NCBI GenBank assembly: GCA_946965045.2
Contig: OX337231.1
Location: 1,612,001 to 1,676,000, forward strand
From: Epithemia pelagica
Lineage: Eukaryota; Protista; Bacillariophyta
DNA length: 64,000 nt
Reading direction: 5' to 3'
Part shown: positions 36,808 to 46,711 of the stretch, in pieces
Position numbering within the stretch: position 1 is the first letter of the stretch
Layout of the letters: each line of letters starts with the position of its first letter
Notes under the pieces: generated by a model
Database searches by the model: none
What the model was told of the DNA's origin: nothing
What the model saw: only the letters and a program-made list of their open reading frames with translations
Translations under genes and position numbers: made by a program

Positions 36808-36962
36808 CTTCTTCTCCTAAAGCATTAGATCAGGTCTGAATCAAGACCACAGTGAATGAATATTGGGTCAGCCTAAAGCAACGAGATAAGAGAGACACAG
36901 CGGAGAGCGCAAGCATGAATCCGCACCGGGGTCGGAGAGCAATGCACTCATCATCTGCGTCT

Positions 36963-37031
36963 GACCGCCAGTCAACCGACCGTGCAACTCCCGAGCGGAG
37001 GAAATCCTGTTGGTATTCGTGACTGGCGGTC
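36963..37031. repeat. 12-bp perfect inverted repeat (GACCGCCAGTCA ... TGACTGGCGGTC) upstream of the cullin gene
   Basis: Stem 36963-36974 / 37020-37031 with a 45-nt loop. Confidence 0.6.
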
Positions 37032-37328
37032 CTGGGGGCAATTGAGTCCTGTAACTTGAACCAGAATATCACTTCGTCTGGGTAGTGGGTATGCCGATAG
37101 CCGACTAAGTACGCTCAGTACAAAAAATAAGTAAAGTACACAAAATGTTATAGTAGACGTCATACCAGACTTACTCTACCACTCTACAATACCGGTAGCT
37201 CTCTCTAGCTACTCTAGCTCTCTACTCTAGAGAGAGCTAGAGGGTGTTAAAAGACTCTCGCTAGTAGTAGAGGAATATACCTACCTAGAGAGTTGGAGAG
37301 GTCAGAGTACTCTTAGGAATACACTCCT

Positions 37329-37575
37329 AGCTAGAGAGCTACAAACATACAGCGAATGCTCTTTCTCTTATTAGAAAAGTTCATACAGCTAGCTAGAGAG
37401 CTGCAAACATACAGCGAATGCTCTTACTCTTATTAGAAAAGTTCATATAGCTAGCTAGAGAGCTGCAAACATACAGCGAATGCTCTTACTCTTATTAGAA
37501 AAGTTCATACAGCTAGCTAGAGAGCTACGAACATACAGCGAATGCTCTTACTCTTTTTGAGTAGTTCATACAGCT
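37329..37575. repeat. 62-bp tandem repeat, about 4 copies, CTAG/AGCT-rich
   Basis: AGCTAGAGAG starts at 37329, 37391, 37453 and 37515 (period 62). Unit AGCTAGAGAGCTGCAAACATACAGCGAATGCTCTTACTCTTATTAGAAAAGTTCATAYAGCT. Confidence 0.92.
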
Positions 37576-37780
37576 GTTTACTCGTATTGTTTTCTGTTTT
37601 CTCTTTTCCTATTCGTAGTAGTTCGTAGTTCGTAGTAGTAGTGATTCTTTTCAATTATTTAATTTACTACACATTAAACATCAGTATTATATATTATTTA
37701 TTTTTTGGAGACCTACTCAAGCAACTCCGACCTTGTTGTGATCCCGAATCCCTACCGACAAAACAAACTCATTCACACTC

Positions 37781-38284
37781 ATGTCATCCCACGAGTATGT
37801 GAAACATATCAAGATCCACTTGGACAAGAGTGCAGTCCAAATCAACCGTACCAAGTTGAAAGAAATCGTGGGCAACTGCTTCACATTCATCACAGAACTA
37901 GACCACAATGTCTCTACGAACGAAAGAGAATTTCTGAAAGAAAAAGTCAATTCTAAAGCAATTCCCCAACCAAAAATATTGGTCAAAGACCACAAGAAAC
38001 AGAATCCTGATGGCAGCTTCCCCACCAGACTTGTAGTTCCTGCAACCAACTTCACCACTGGCTTCCCAAAGGTTGGGTATTTGGGTATCAAGAGTCTTTT
38101 CAAAAAGCACAAGGTGTAACACAGACAACGAAACATTGTCCAAGCCTCCGACCTCAAAGAAAAGCTTGAGAAACTTAACATCACCACAAACAATGCTACA
38201 ATAGTTTCAGTGGACGCAGAAGCAATGTACCCATCCATCAAATTTCAACCCTGATATATGACGCAGTCCACTACTACACTGAAG
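37781..38284 (+). pseudogene. Penelope-like retroelement reverse transcriptase, 5' piece (decayed)
   Basis: PQPKILVKDHKK...FPTRLVVPATNF, then IVQASDLKEKLE, VSVDAEAMYPSI, AVHYYTE; contains a stop and a frameshift. Confidence 0.7.
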
Positions 38285-38288
38285 CTAG

Positions 38289-38555
38289 TGCCTCCTCTAG
38301 CCGTGTGCCCATTACACGCCAAAATGGGCCGTTGGGCACATATTTTCAACTAGATAGAACATGATCAATATTAGGCCTACGGCAACATGTGGATGCCCAA
38401 ACTTTTTCTTCAAGACATCCTCTGTCACCATTGGATACCACATGACACCCATATATGACATATCTAGGTCATAGGAGCATCTCCATTGGGGGGTTGTGCT
38501 CGATTTTTGACATGTGGGCACATGTGGGCACAGGTGGGGACATAGTGGGCACATT
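38289..38555. repeat. Left long imperfect TIR / subterminal region
   Basis: Shares GTGTGCCCATTAC, CGTTGGGCACA, TAGATAGAAC, GATCAATATTAG, CATCCTCTGTCACCATT and GGTCATAGGAGC with the reverse complement of 46461-46707; repeated TGGGCAC motifs. Confidence 0.85.
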
Positions 38556-38989
38556 GCTTCGGCAGGTCCTATGACAGTCCTATGACGATGATAGGACGTC
38601 GTGATGTTACCTGCATCCAAAGCAGTACTTTCGCGCCATTTTTTGTGCCATGGTCGGCTTTCTCAACGTGTCCCGGACTCCTCTGGACCCGCGCTGATTC
38701 GGAACCAATCGGAACTCCATGGGGGACCAGGGGGGAATTTTTGTCGAAAAGATTGTGACGATCAACTGACGACAGACGACCACACAATGGCAAGTTACAT
38801 GTTTTTCCCTCCATTTGAACAGTCCCCATCGGGATTATTCATCATGAAGAGCATGTGCTCATGAGATCGAACCTTTTGGTAATGAGGATCATTACCAAAA
38901 GTGTCAATTTCTTGAGCACAAGGACAACGAGGTGCAGGTGACGACGACGACAACAACAACAACAACAAGCACGAGGACACTGAAAGAAA

Positions 38990-41900
38990 ATGCCAGCAGG
39001 TGTTGGAACAACAGGTCGGTTGGGTCCTGGGTCCAGGGCATTTCTCAGAGGCAGCAAGGAACCTGTGCTAATTGTCCGAGCCCTTGCGAACAAGTCATGG
39101 GAAGTTGAGCGGCTTGACAAGAGGGATGGCAGTAGAACAGGTGAGCTGATGAACAAGACCTCTTATCAGCTGAAGAAGATACAACGAGGCGATAGCTTTC
39201 CTGGGGAATACCGAGTGCAGCAGACAGTGGCAAGAACAACTGCAACAACAGCAACAACATCAACAGCAACTACCACCACTGCTGCTTCCAACCAACAGCA
39301 ACGGCAAGAACAACAGCAAGAAGGCTCGTCAAATGAGGAGGAGGCTTTGGTTGTTGTTAACAGCTTTGCATCATCTGGTGCAGCCAACAACGAGGGTCCT
39401 CAACAAGAAGGAGGGGAGAATCAAACAGGTATTGAAGTTCTTGTTGCTCGTCAGGGTGGTAGTCAGCAGCAGCAGCGGAATGAGAACCACAACCAGCAAC
39501 ATCAAAGAACACAACAACAAGAACACATTGCCATGACGGCCGAGAATACAAGAGATGATGACGAGGGATTTGAAGTTGTGGCATTGAGCAACCGTGAACA
39601 GGCTCAGGATGAAGATGAGCAGAACAACAACAACAACAACGGGCAGGACAGTGCAATGGCAGGCCCGAGCGCCGAACAACGAGAACACACGACACACACA
39701 AACAACACTTCGAGCAACACCAGGAGTGAACCCACCCAAGTCATGGATGGGGATGCAGGTGGTGACGGTCAGCGTGGTGGTGATACCGTCCCTGTCGTTC
39801 GTACTCGTGAGGACGCGCACAACGTGGTCGAGACAATTCTCAATGACGACGACGACCGGAGTTGGATTTCCGACGTTGGAATTGCTGGTCCACCAGCAGT
39901 GGAGCAGCAGGAACGTGAAGTCGCGAGGAATGACCAGAACCTTTCTGGTCGCACTTTCCAACACACAACAGATGAGGATAATGCATCAGCCGTGTCGTTG
40001 GATGACTACTTCAACGACTTGGAGGACTATCTGTTTTTGTTTTCGGACGACGAGGATGCCATTGATCCTAACAGTTTGGCACTCGCACACGAAATTGAGA
40101 GCAGGGAGGAGCACAGGAACAGGTATACAAACTATATAAACAGAAAGAAACAACTGATAGAAGAAAACTGGACAGTGACCCTCGAGCCACCCAGCGAAAA
40201 TGGTATTGATATTGGCGACAGAGTCCGGGAGAACAAAAGGAACAATCCACGTTTCGGAATTGTGGTTGAAAAGCATCCGGATAGTATCCCTGGCACTCCT
40301 TTGTGGAATGTGCTCTTCGACGGAGACGAGGAAGAGACACTAGCGCTTACAGGCAGGAATGACCTGCGCAAGATTTATGACAATCGGAGTTTCACTTGGC
40401 AAATTGTTGATGGCGATACAGTACCCGACAACCTTGTTGAAGAATTCGAGAGTGTTGGTGTTGTTGGCTTTGACTTTCGCCAGTCATTTGCTCACAGCAA
40501 CTTGTCTACAACAAACCAACGCTATGACTTTCCATTCCTGCGTCTGCTGATCCACATGTGGCCAGGTAAGTCGTTGATTGTCGAGTTTCCTGTTGGTGTC
40601 ACAATGAAAAGGGTCTCAGTATTAATGGCGTGTTTGTCTTACAGGGAGTTGGCGAGAGCAGCTGCATAGGTTGAATGAAGCAATCAACGAACGCAATCAG
40701 GGCAGAGTCCGAAGCCGCCATATCCGTTGCGTCACAGAGCATGAGTGGTGGGCATGGTGGGGCATTCTTATCGGAGCAGCACCCTGCCACAAAGGTGGTA
40801 TTCGGCTCTTCGATGATACGTCGTCAACTTCACATCGTCAGTTTTCTCCGAAAGTGAATGCCAGCAAAGGTGGCATGGATCTCATGTCCAAGACTCGGTT
40901 CTTCGACATCAAGGAGATTCTTCCCTGTGCCTTTGAAGGGGACAACCACGGTGCGAAATGGAACCAGATCAAACCGTTGGTTGACGGTTTCAACAGCAAC
41001 CGTCGGAAAACAGTTGCCGCCTCATCAACAATTACGTTGGATGAGGCAATGTGCGCGTTCCAACCACGGACAACGAAGACATCAACACTCCCCCATTTGT
41101 CTTACGTCCAACGCAAACCCAAACCATTGGGGACGGAGTTCAAGGTAATGTTTGCTTTTCCGAACTGACTGCCTTTGCAGGTGACCAACTCATCCGTTTG
41201 ATTGTCGTTTGTTTTGTTCAAAAAGGTTTCTGGTGACACAGCAACAGGTTGTCTTCTCTTCCTTGAGATACAGGAAGGGAAGATCCCAATGCGGCGCAAG
41301 AAGTTTATGGCAGATGGAGGCATGACGGTAGGAACGTCGCTTCGATTGGTGGAAGGCTCGGAATATTCTGGCCAGTCAGTGCTTGAGCGTGTTGGAGCTC
41401 AGAGCCAAGGAAGCACAAGGCCCCTTGTATGTGCAGATTCTTGGTTTGGCAGCGTCAAGCTTGTCGAAGCCATGAAGTGCATGTACCGTGAACCACGAGA
41501 GCCGACAGCTCGTGATCGTCGGACCTACACTCTGTGTGTAGACAAAGTGCGGGGGAACAACCAGGATGCGCCCGAAGTCATTTGTTCCATCAAAACCAAC
41601 AATGGCTTGTTCCCCCAAGAAGAATTGAAAAAGGAGATGGAACCCTTTCCATCGGGATCGTATCTTGTGATGGAGAGCGTGGCACCAGGTACCAACGTCA
41701 ACCTGGTTGCCATCGCATACAAATACAATTCACGCAAGACTCTCTTTTTCGCCATGTCAAGAGATGCGGAGACTACGGAGCCTGGCCTCCCCTACGTGGC
41801 CAGGTTCGCTGATGAACATGGCAACGTCAGAGAGCGCCGCGTCCTACGGCCGAAATGTTTGTCTGTGTATTTTGGAGCGGCCAATCTCATTGATGTCCAC

Positions 41901-42737
41901 AATCACCTTCGACAGGGTGTGTTGCGGCTTGAAATGCTGTGGAAAACGCCAAACCCATGGTTTAGGCTTATCACCACGATAATCGGTATCACGGTGGTTG
42001 ATTGTTTTTTGGCGACCAAGTACCATTTGGGTGGCAGGCAGTCTCCAGTCTCGTCGGGAGTGGAGTATTTTGCAGATTGTTTGGCATGGGATCTTTCCCA
42101 CAACCAGTTAAACAACAACCTTGACCGTCGAGGTCAGGCCCGCCCCAATATTGCTTCAAATGTCGTTGAAGCTGAGGATGGTACTGCTGGACTTCAGCAA
42201 AGGTCGCTGACAGAACAGGCCACACAATTCGCAAAGCAGATGCTGGAGGAGGCGTTTATGGCTCAGTTCGGGGCCTCAACTGCTAGTGCTCCTGGCTTGA
42301 GCCGATGTCCTCCGATTTCAGTTGTTGATTTACAATCCACACAGCACCCCATCGTTTCCCCAACGGAGTCATTGACGGTTCAGGATGATGATGCCACGGC
42401 GTGTATTCCTTGCGACTCTGGAGTTCCACCATCTGGAGTCTTTTCTCACAAGCCCATCCCAAATCCCGAACGAGTCCAGGATGCGGATGGCAAGATACGT
42501 CCAAGCGCACGTCGATGCGTCATCTGTCGCATGAAGACGAGAGCACTTTGCGGACATCCTGCTTGTCTTGCAAAAACGAAGACCCGCAAGGTACCGGGAA
42601 CGGACGAGACCAAGACCCTCAAAGGTATTGGACTATGCAACGATAACAAGATTCGTTCTGGGATGACCCGCACCTGTGTTGAAGAGCACAGATACCAAAT
42701 GGAGATCCTCCGAATGCAACAACAGAACACAGCTTGA
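38990..42737 (+). CDS. piggyBac-family DDD transposase: join(38990..40565,40645..41144,41226..42737), 1,195 aa
   Basis: Introns 40566-40644 and 41145-41225 are GT-AG and in frame (MWPG-SWREQ; GTEFK-VSGDT). TLDEAM, RKPKPLGTEFK, ADSWFGS, NLIDVHNHLRQ give the catalytic Asp triad. C-terminal cysteine-rich domain RRCVIC...CGHPAC...GLC...TCVEEH. Confidence 0.88.
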
Positions 42738-42861
42738 TTTCACGACGATTGCTCTATGATTTAGTATGAAAATGAAAATACACAATACATGATTAGGTAA
42801 GACCAATACATAGTTCTATTTGAAGTTACATCCATACAGTTCGAACTAGTGCACTTATATC

Positions 42862-43643
42862 CTACATAGGAGTAGTCAGTTTCTTGATCACAATATTGGC
42901 AGTCTTGTCATCGTCTTTTCCCTCAACAGATTTGCATACTAGCTTCTCGTTGAGAAGTTTCAGAAACGTCGTGGCTCCAACGACACTCATCTTAACCGTG
43001 ACAACCATGGGCTCCATTGTCATCACGGTGTTAAGTGAGTGTGTCGTAGCAATCACGATCTTGCTCTTGACAACTTTGCCACTACTTGACTGAAGAATCG
43101 TCGTATCAAGTTGATTGTTGATATATTGCAGTGGGATGACGAGCTCTGGGACAGAATCATCCTTTTTGGTGCGGTCAAAGAAGCGAATTGAGACTGCATT
43201 CGTGTTGACTCGAGACAAATAAGTTCGCTGCAACAGCAACACACCACGATCAACAATCAACCGACCATCAGCAGAACATTCTCCGGCACTCTTCAGGTAC
43301 ACATTCACCCCCGCTTCTCCAAACACTGTCACTGTCTCCCCCTTTGTTTCAAGCGACTGACCACCATCATAAACCACTGTGAACCCATTAACGAGTTTCA
43401 TCGTCTCAAACCTCTTGCTTCCTTTCCTTGAATTCATCTTTCTGGACAAAGTGATGCAACAAGTGTGAGTGCTTGTTGGGGAGACAGTTCTAACAGCTTG
43501 TTTACTTACTTGCCGTCGTGCCGTCTTTCCACCAAAGAACTACTGTGTCTGTCGATGGGTGCAGCACTACTCCAGAACTTGTTGTTCTTGTTTGCTTTAG
43601 TTCTAGTATGTGTGTTCGTTTTGAGATTTGTGAGTGCGGGCAT
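42862..43643 (-). CDS. Unknown beta-rich cargo protein (ORF X), probably two exons (GTAAGT donor near 43508, TTGTCCAG acceptor near 43443)
   Basis: 195-codon open frame 42862..43449 preceded by a polypyrimidine/AG acceptor with CTCAC branch; the upstream ATG at 43643 joins in phase 2. Confidence 0.55.
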
Positions 43644-43834
43644 GGACGAGTTTTTCGCGCCTCATGGCGCACTTCTCAATTAAGGAAAATTTGTTGGCTG
43701 GCGTGAGGCGTGACATTTGGTCCGTTCGGAACCTATTCCAACCGACACGACCCACATCGGCCTCATATTTTCCGTGGACTCCTGTTACAGGAACAACAAC
43801 ACCACAAAAGAGAAGAAGACCACCATGTCGACAA
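43551..43834. promoter_or_regulatory. Bidirectional ATG cassette, copy 1
   Basis: Near-identical to 45548-45813; carries a leftward ATG (43643, MPALTNLK) and a rightward ATG (43825, MST). Confidence 0.6.
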
Positions 43835-44385
43835 GCCCCAATATTGCTTCCAATGTCGTCGACGCTGAGTCGCCTACAGAACAGGCCATGCGATACGCGA
43901 AGAAGATGCCGGAGGAGGCTGTTATGGCTCAGTTCGGGGCCTCAACTGCTGGTGCTGGCTTGAGCAGATGCCCTTCGATTTCAGTTGTTGATTCGCTCCC
44001 CAGTGTTTCCCCAGCAGAGTCATTGATAGTTCAGGATGATGGTACTGTGTCGTGTCTTCTTTGCCACTCTGGAGATCCACCAGCTGGATTCTTGTCTCAC
44101 TTGTCTCACAGGCCCATGCCAAATCCCGAACAAGTCCAGGATGCGGATGGCAACGAACAACCACGCACACGTCGATGCGTCATCTGTTTTATGAAGACGA
44201 GAGCAATTTGCGCACATCCTGTTTGTCTTGCTAAAACGAAGACCCGCAAGGTACCGGGAACGGACGAGATCATCAAGACCATCAAAGGTATTGGACTATG
44301 CAACGGTAACAGGATTCGTCCTGGGATGAACCGCACCTGTGTTGAAGAGCACAGATTCCGAATGCAACAACAGAACACAGCTTGA
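43825..44385 (+). CDS. Stand-alone copy of the transposase C-terminal cysteine-rich domain, 186 aa
   Basis: Paralogous to 42150-42737 (PNIASNVV...RRCVICFMKTRAICAHPVC...GLC...TCVEEH...MQQQNTA); open frame from its own ATG; 3' UTR duplicated as well. Confidence 0.7.
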   Translation: MSTSPNIASNVVDAESPTEQAMRYAKKMPEEAVMAQFGASTAGAGLSRCPSISVVDSLPSVSPAESLIVQDDGTVSCLLCHSGDPPAGFLSHLSHRPMPNPEQVQDADGNEQPRTRRCVICFMKTRAICAHPVCLAKTKTRKVPGTDEIIKTIKGIGLCNGNRIRPGMNRTCVEEHRFRMQQQNTA

Positions 44386-44980
44386 TTTCACGATGATTGC
44401 TCTATGATTTAGTATGAAAATGAAAATACACAATACATGATTAGGTAAGACCAATACATAGTTCTATTTGAAGTTACATCCATACAGTTCGAACTACAAG
44501 TATATCTACATAGTCAATTTCTTGATTGTCATATTGAAATTGACATAGGCAAAAAGGTGGCCCACCAAAGTAATACCAAGAGTGTCGCCAAGTCAAACGA
44601 TCAAGGGGTCGTCCAGCAAGTTCCGTCCTATTCCACCACACGGGCATGAATGAAGACGAACGCAATATACTCTTTGAAAGATTCTCGATGTGTTGGCGCA
44701 AAAATATTTTCAAGAAAATCAGGATACCAAGCAAATGATATTGGCTGCCGAATTGGCGCTTGTCTCCTCCTCCAACAAGGCACCACAACCACAACAACAA
44801 GCACCACAACCGACACAACGACGTCCAAGTCACCAAGAAGCACCACAGCCGCAACAACGACCACGACAACATCAACGACAAGAGTCGTTTGATGACACCA
44901 CAGCCGTCTTGTCTGCGGCAAGAAGTGCCACAGAAACCCATCAAGAACAAGGCGATTCCGGCAACCAAGAATGGCAAGAG

Positions 44981-45640
44981 TCATTCGGTCATGAGCAGCA
45001 ACCACATCGACGACTCCAAAAAGCCAGCCAGCACCAAACCAGCTCTGGAGGAACCGGTTCCGATTACCACGGGTGAATTGCTCCACTCGGGCGGTAGTCG
45101 TAGTCTCTTGTCGGTTTGTTCCTCCTCGTCTTCGGGATCGATCCACCCCAGACTTTTCAAAACCGCTTTGTTCCATCCACTCCAATTGCGGTGTCGTTCC
45201 GTCTCCGTCATGCGGGGCAGGTAGCTTTGGGACACGGCCCACAAGGTTTTTATTTCATCGACACTGTCCCAAACTCGCGTGGCCAATCTGGCACAAAAGG
45301 CGACACCAAGCGACGTGGTTTCCTTGATTTTGGGTTTGACCACGGAAACATTGAGCATGTCGGCTTGAAATTGCATTATGAGATTGTTGGCCGTACCACC
45401 GCCATCATTCGCAATGAAGGCGAAGAAGAAGAATCCACCTTGGTGGGAACCAGTTACTATTCGTCCGCGGCCACACCCAAAGGTTTGTGGCCAGGATGGG
45501 CCAAAGTCCTCTTGGCCTGTACGGCACCCACGACGGGACGTGGGGCGGTCGATGGGTGCAGCACTACTCCAGAACTTGTTGTTCTTGTTTGCCTTAGTTC
45601 TAGTATGTGTGTTCGTTTTGAGATTTGTGAGTGCGGGCAT
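44981..45640 (-). pseudogene. Chimeric ORF: cassette N-terminus fused to a captured glycerol kinase C-terminal fragment (about 45115-45406)
   Basis: DGGGTANNLIMQFQADML...KETTSLGVAF...W...WNKAVLKSLGW is the FGGY/glycerol-kinase C-terminus; conserved Gly residues appear as Arg (ARLATRVW). Confidence 0.8.
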
Positions 45641-45813
45641 GGACGAGTTTTTCGCGCCTCATGGCGCACTTCTTAATTAAGGAAAATTTGTTGGCTGGCG
45701 TGACATTTGGTCCGTTCGGAACCTATTCCAACCGACACGACCCACATCTGCCTCATATTTTCCGTGGATCTCCTGTTACACCACCGCGAAAGAGAATACC
45801 ACCATGTCGACAA
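45548..45813. promoter_or_regulatory. Bidirectional ATG cassette, copy 2
   Basis: Duplicate of 43551-43834; leftward ATG 45640, rightward ATG 45804. Confidence 0.6.
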
Positions 45814-46418
45814 CTATCAACGGCCGTCGTACAAGTTTGCGCTATCAAGCGCGCATCAAAGCAGCCTCAGGAGCTGATGCAGCTTCGCAGTGCACAAGCT
45901 CCATTCTTGCTCCTTCTGTTTCCGTTTCCAACCAACCCGCGTCCCGGTTGTCGCATCGCAAAAAGACGACGAAAACTAAGAAGGCAGTGGCAACCAAGAA
46001 AAAGAACATGAAGGCAAAGGAGAAGGTGGCGATGGACGTTTCAGATCTCAAGGATATGGAAGCCAAGACGGTGCATGCCAAGATTGTCCCCAAAAAGAAT
46101 CATGTTGCTGTTTTGTATCCAGCACCCGAGAAGAAGTTGCCCTCATCTCCGTCCCCCCCTTGCTTTGACTTGATGATGACGATGCGCTTCAAGAACATTG
46201 AGACATCATGCAACAATCAGCAATGTTCCGATACTGTAAGGAAGTCCGTGGAAATGCCAAGCAACTTTGATGACGACAATAATGAAAATGATTCATCCAA
46301 TGAAAACTTGTCCAGCAAATTTGGAAAGCGCAATTCGTCAATTGGTGTCGATAGCAACCTGTCCTCTGAGTTCTCTGAGACTCAGGAGCCAAGTGTTGCC
46401 TACAAGTTCGAATACTAG
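45804..46418 (+). CDS. Unknown cargo protein (ORF Y), 204 aa, basic N-terminus and acidic C-terminus
   Basis: ATG in a CACCATG context, open to a stop just inside the right TIR region; no recognised motif. Confidence 0.45.
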   Translation: MSTTINGRRTSLRYQARIKAASGADAASQCTSSILAPSVSVSNQPASRLSHRKKTTKTKKAVATKKKNMKAKEKVAMDVSDLKDMEAKTVHAKIVPKKNHVAVLYPAPEKKLPSSPSPPCFDLMMTMRFKNIETSCNNQQCSDTVRKSVEMPSNFDDDNNENDSSNENLSSKFGKRNSSIGVDSNLSSEFSETQEPSVAYKFEY

Positions 46419-46460
46419 GACGTAGTAAGTCTAAAAGCCGAGCTTTACATGAGTTTATAT

Positions 46461-46707
46461 AATGTGCCCATAATGTGCCCACACACGTTGCACACACCAC
46501 AAGCTTCTAGTAGAGGCGCTCCTATGACCCCCATATGTCGTATGTAGGCCAAATGGGGCATCAAATGGTGACAGAGGATGCCTTAAAGATTGGTAAGATG
46601 CATCAGATCATTGTCGTAGGGCTAATATTGATCGAGTTCTATCTACCTAAAATGTTGTGCCCAACGGGACATTTTCGCACGTAATGGGCACACCCGGAGG
46701 TAAGGCA
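46461..46707. repeat. Right long imperfect TIR / subterminal region
   Basis: Reverse complement matches 38289-38555; repeated GTGCCCA motifs. Confidence 0.85.
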
Positions 46708-46711
46708 CTAG

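Larger units (their letters stand above)
38289..46707 (+). mobile_element. piggyBac-like DNA transposon, 8,419 bp, flanked by CTAG, long imperfect TIRs, carrying cargo ORFs
   Basis: CTAG at 38285-38288 and 46708-46711; termini TGCCT...AGGCA; inverted ends share many exact words; removing the element rejoins the RT reading (HYYTEA-RPPETNREVSLCLDLI); internal piggyBac transposase. Confidence 0.88.

Noticed and set aside
36820-37180. RNase P/MRP, U3 or SRP RNA (CAGGTCTGA ... CAGACTTA, TGATGA, hairpins)
   Set aside because: Conserved-region consensus and spacing do not fit, and the 5' end would overlap the cullin CDS; only partial word matches.
41145-41180. Shorter second intron of the transposase ending at TTGCAG (41180)
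   Set aside because: It leads to a stop within seven codons; the acceptor at 41225 restores the conserved GTEFK-x-x-x-D motif.
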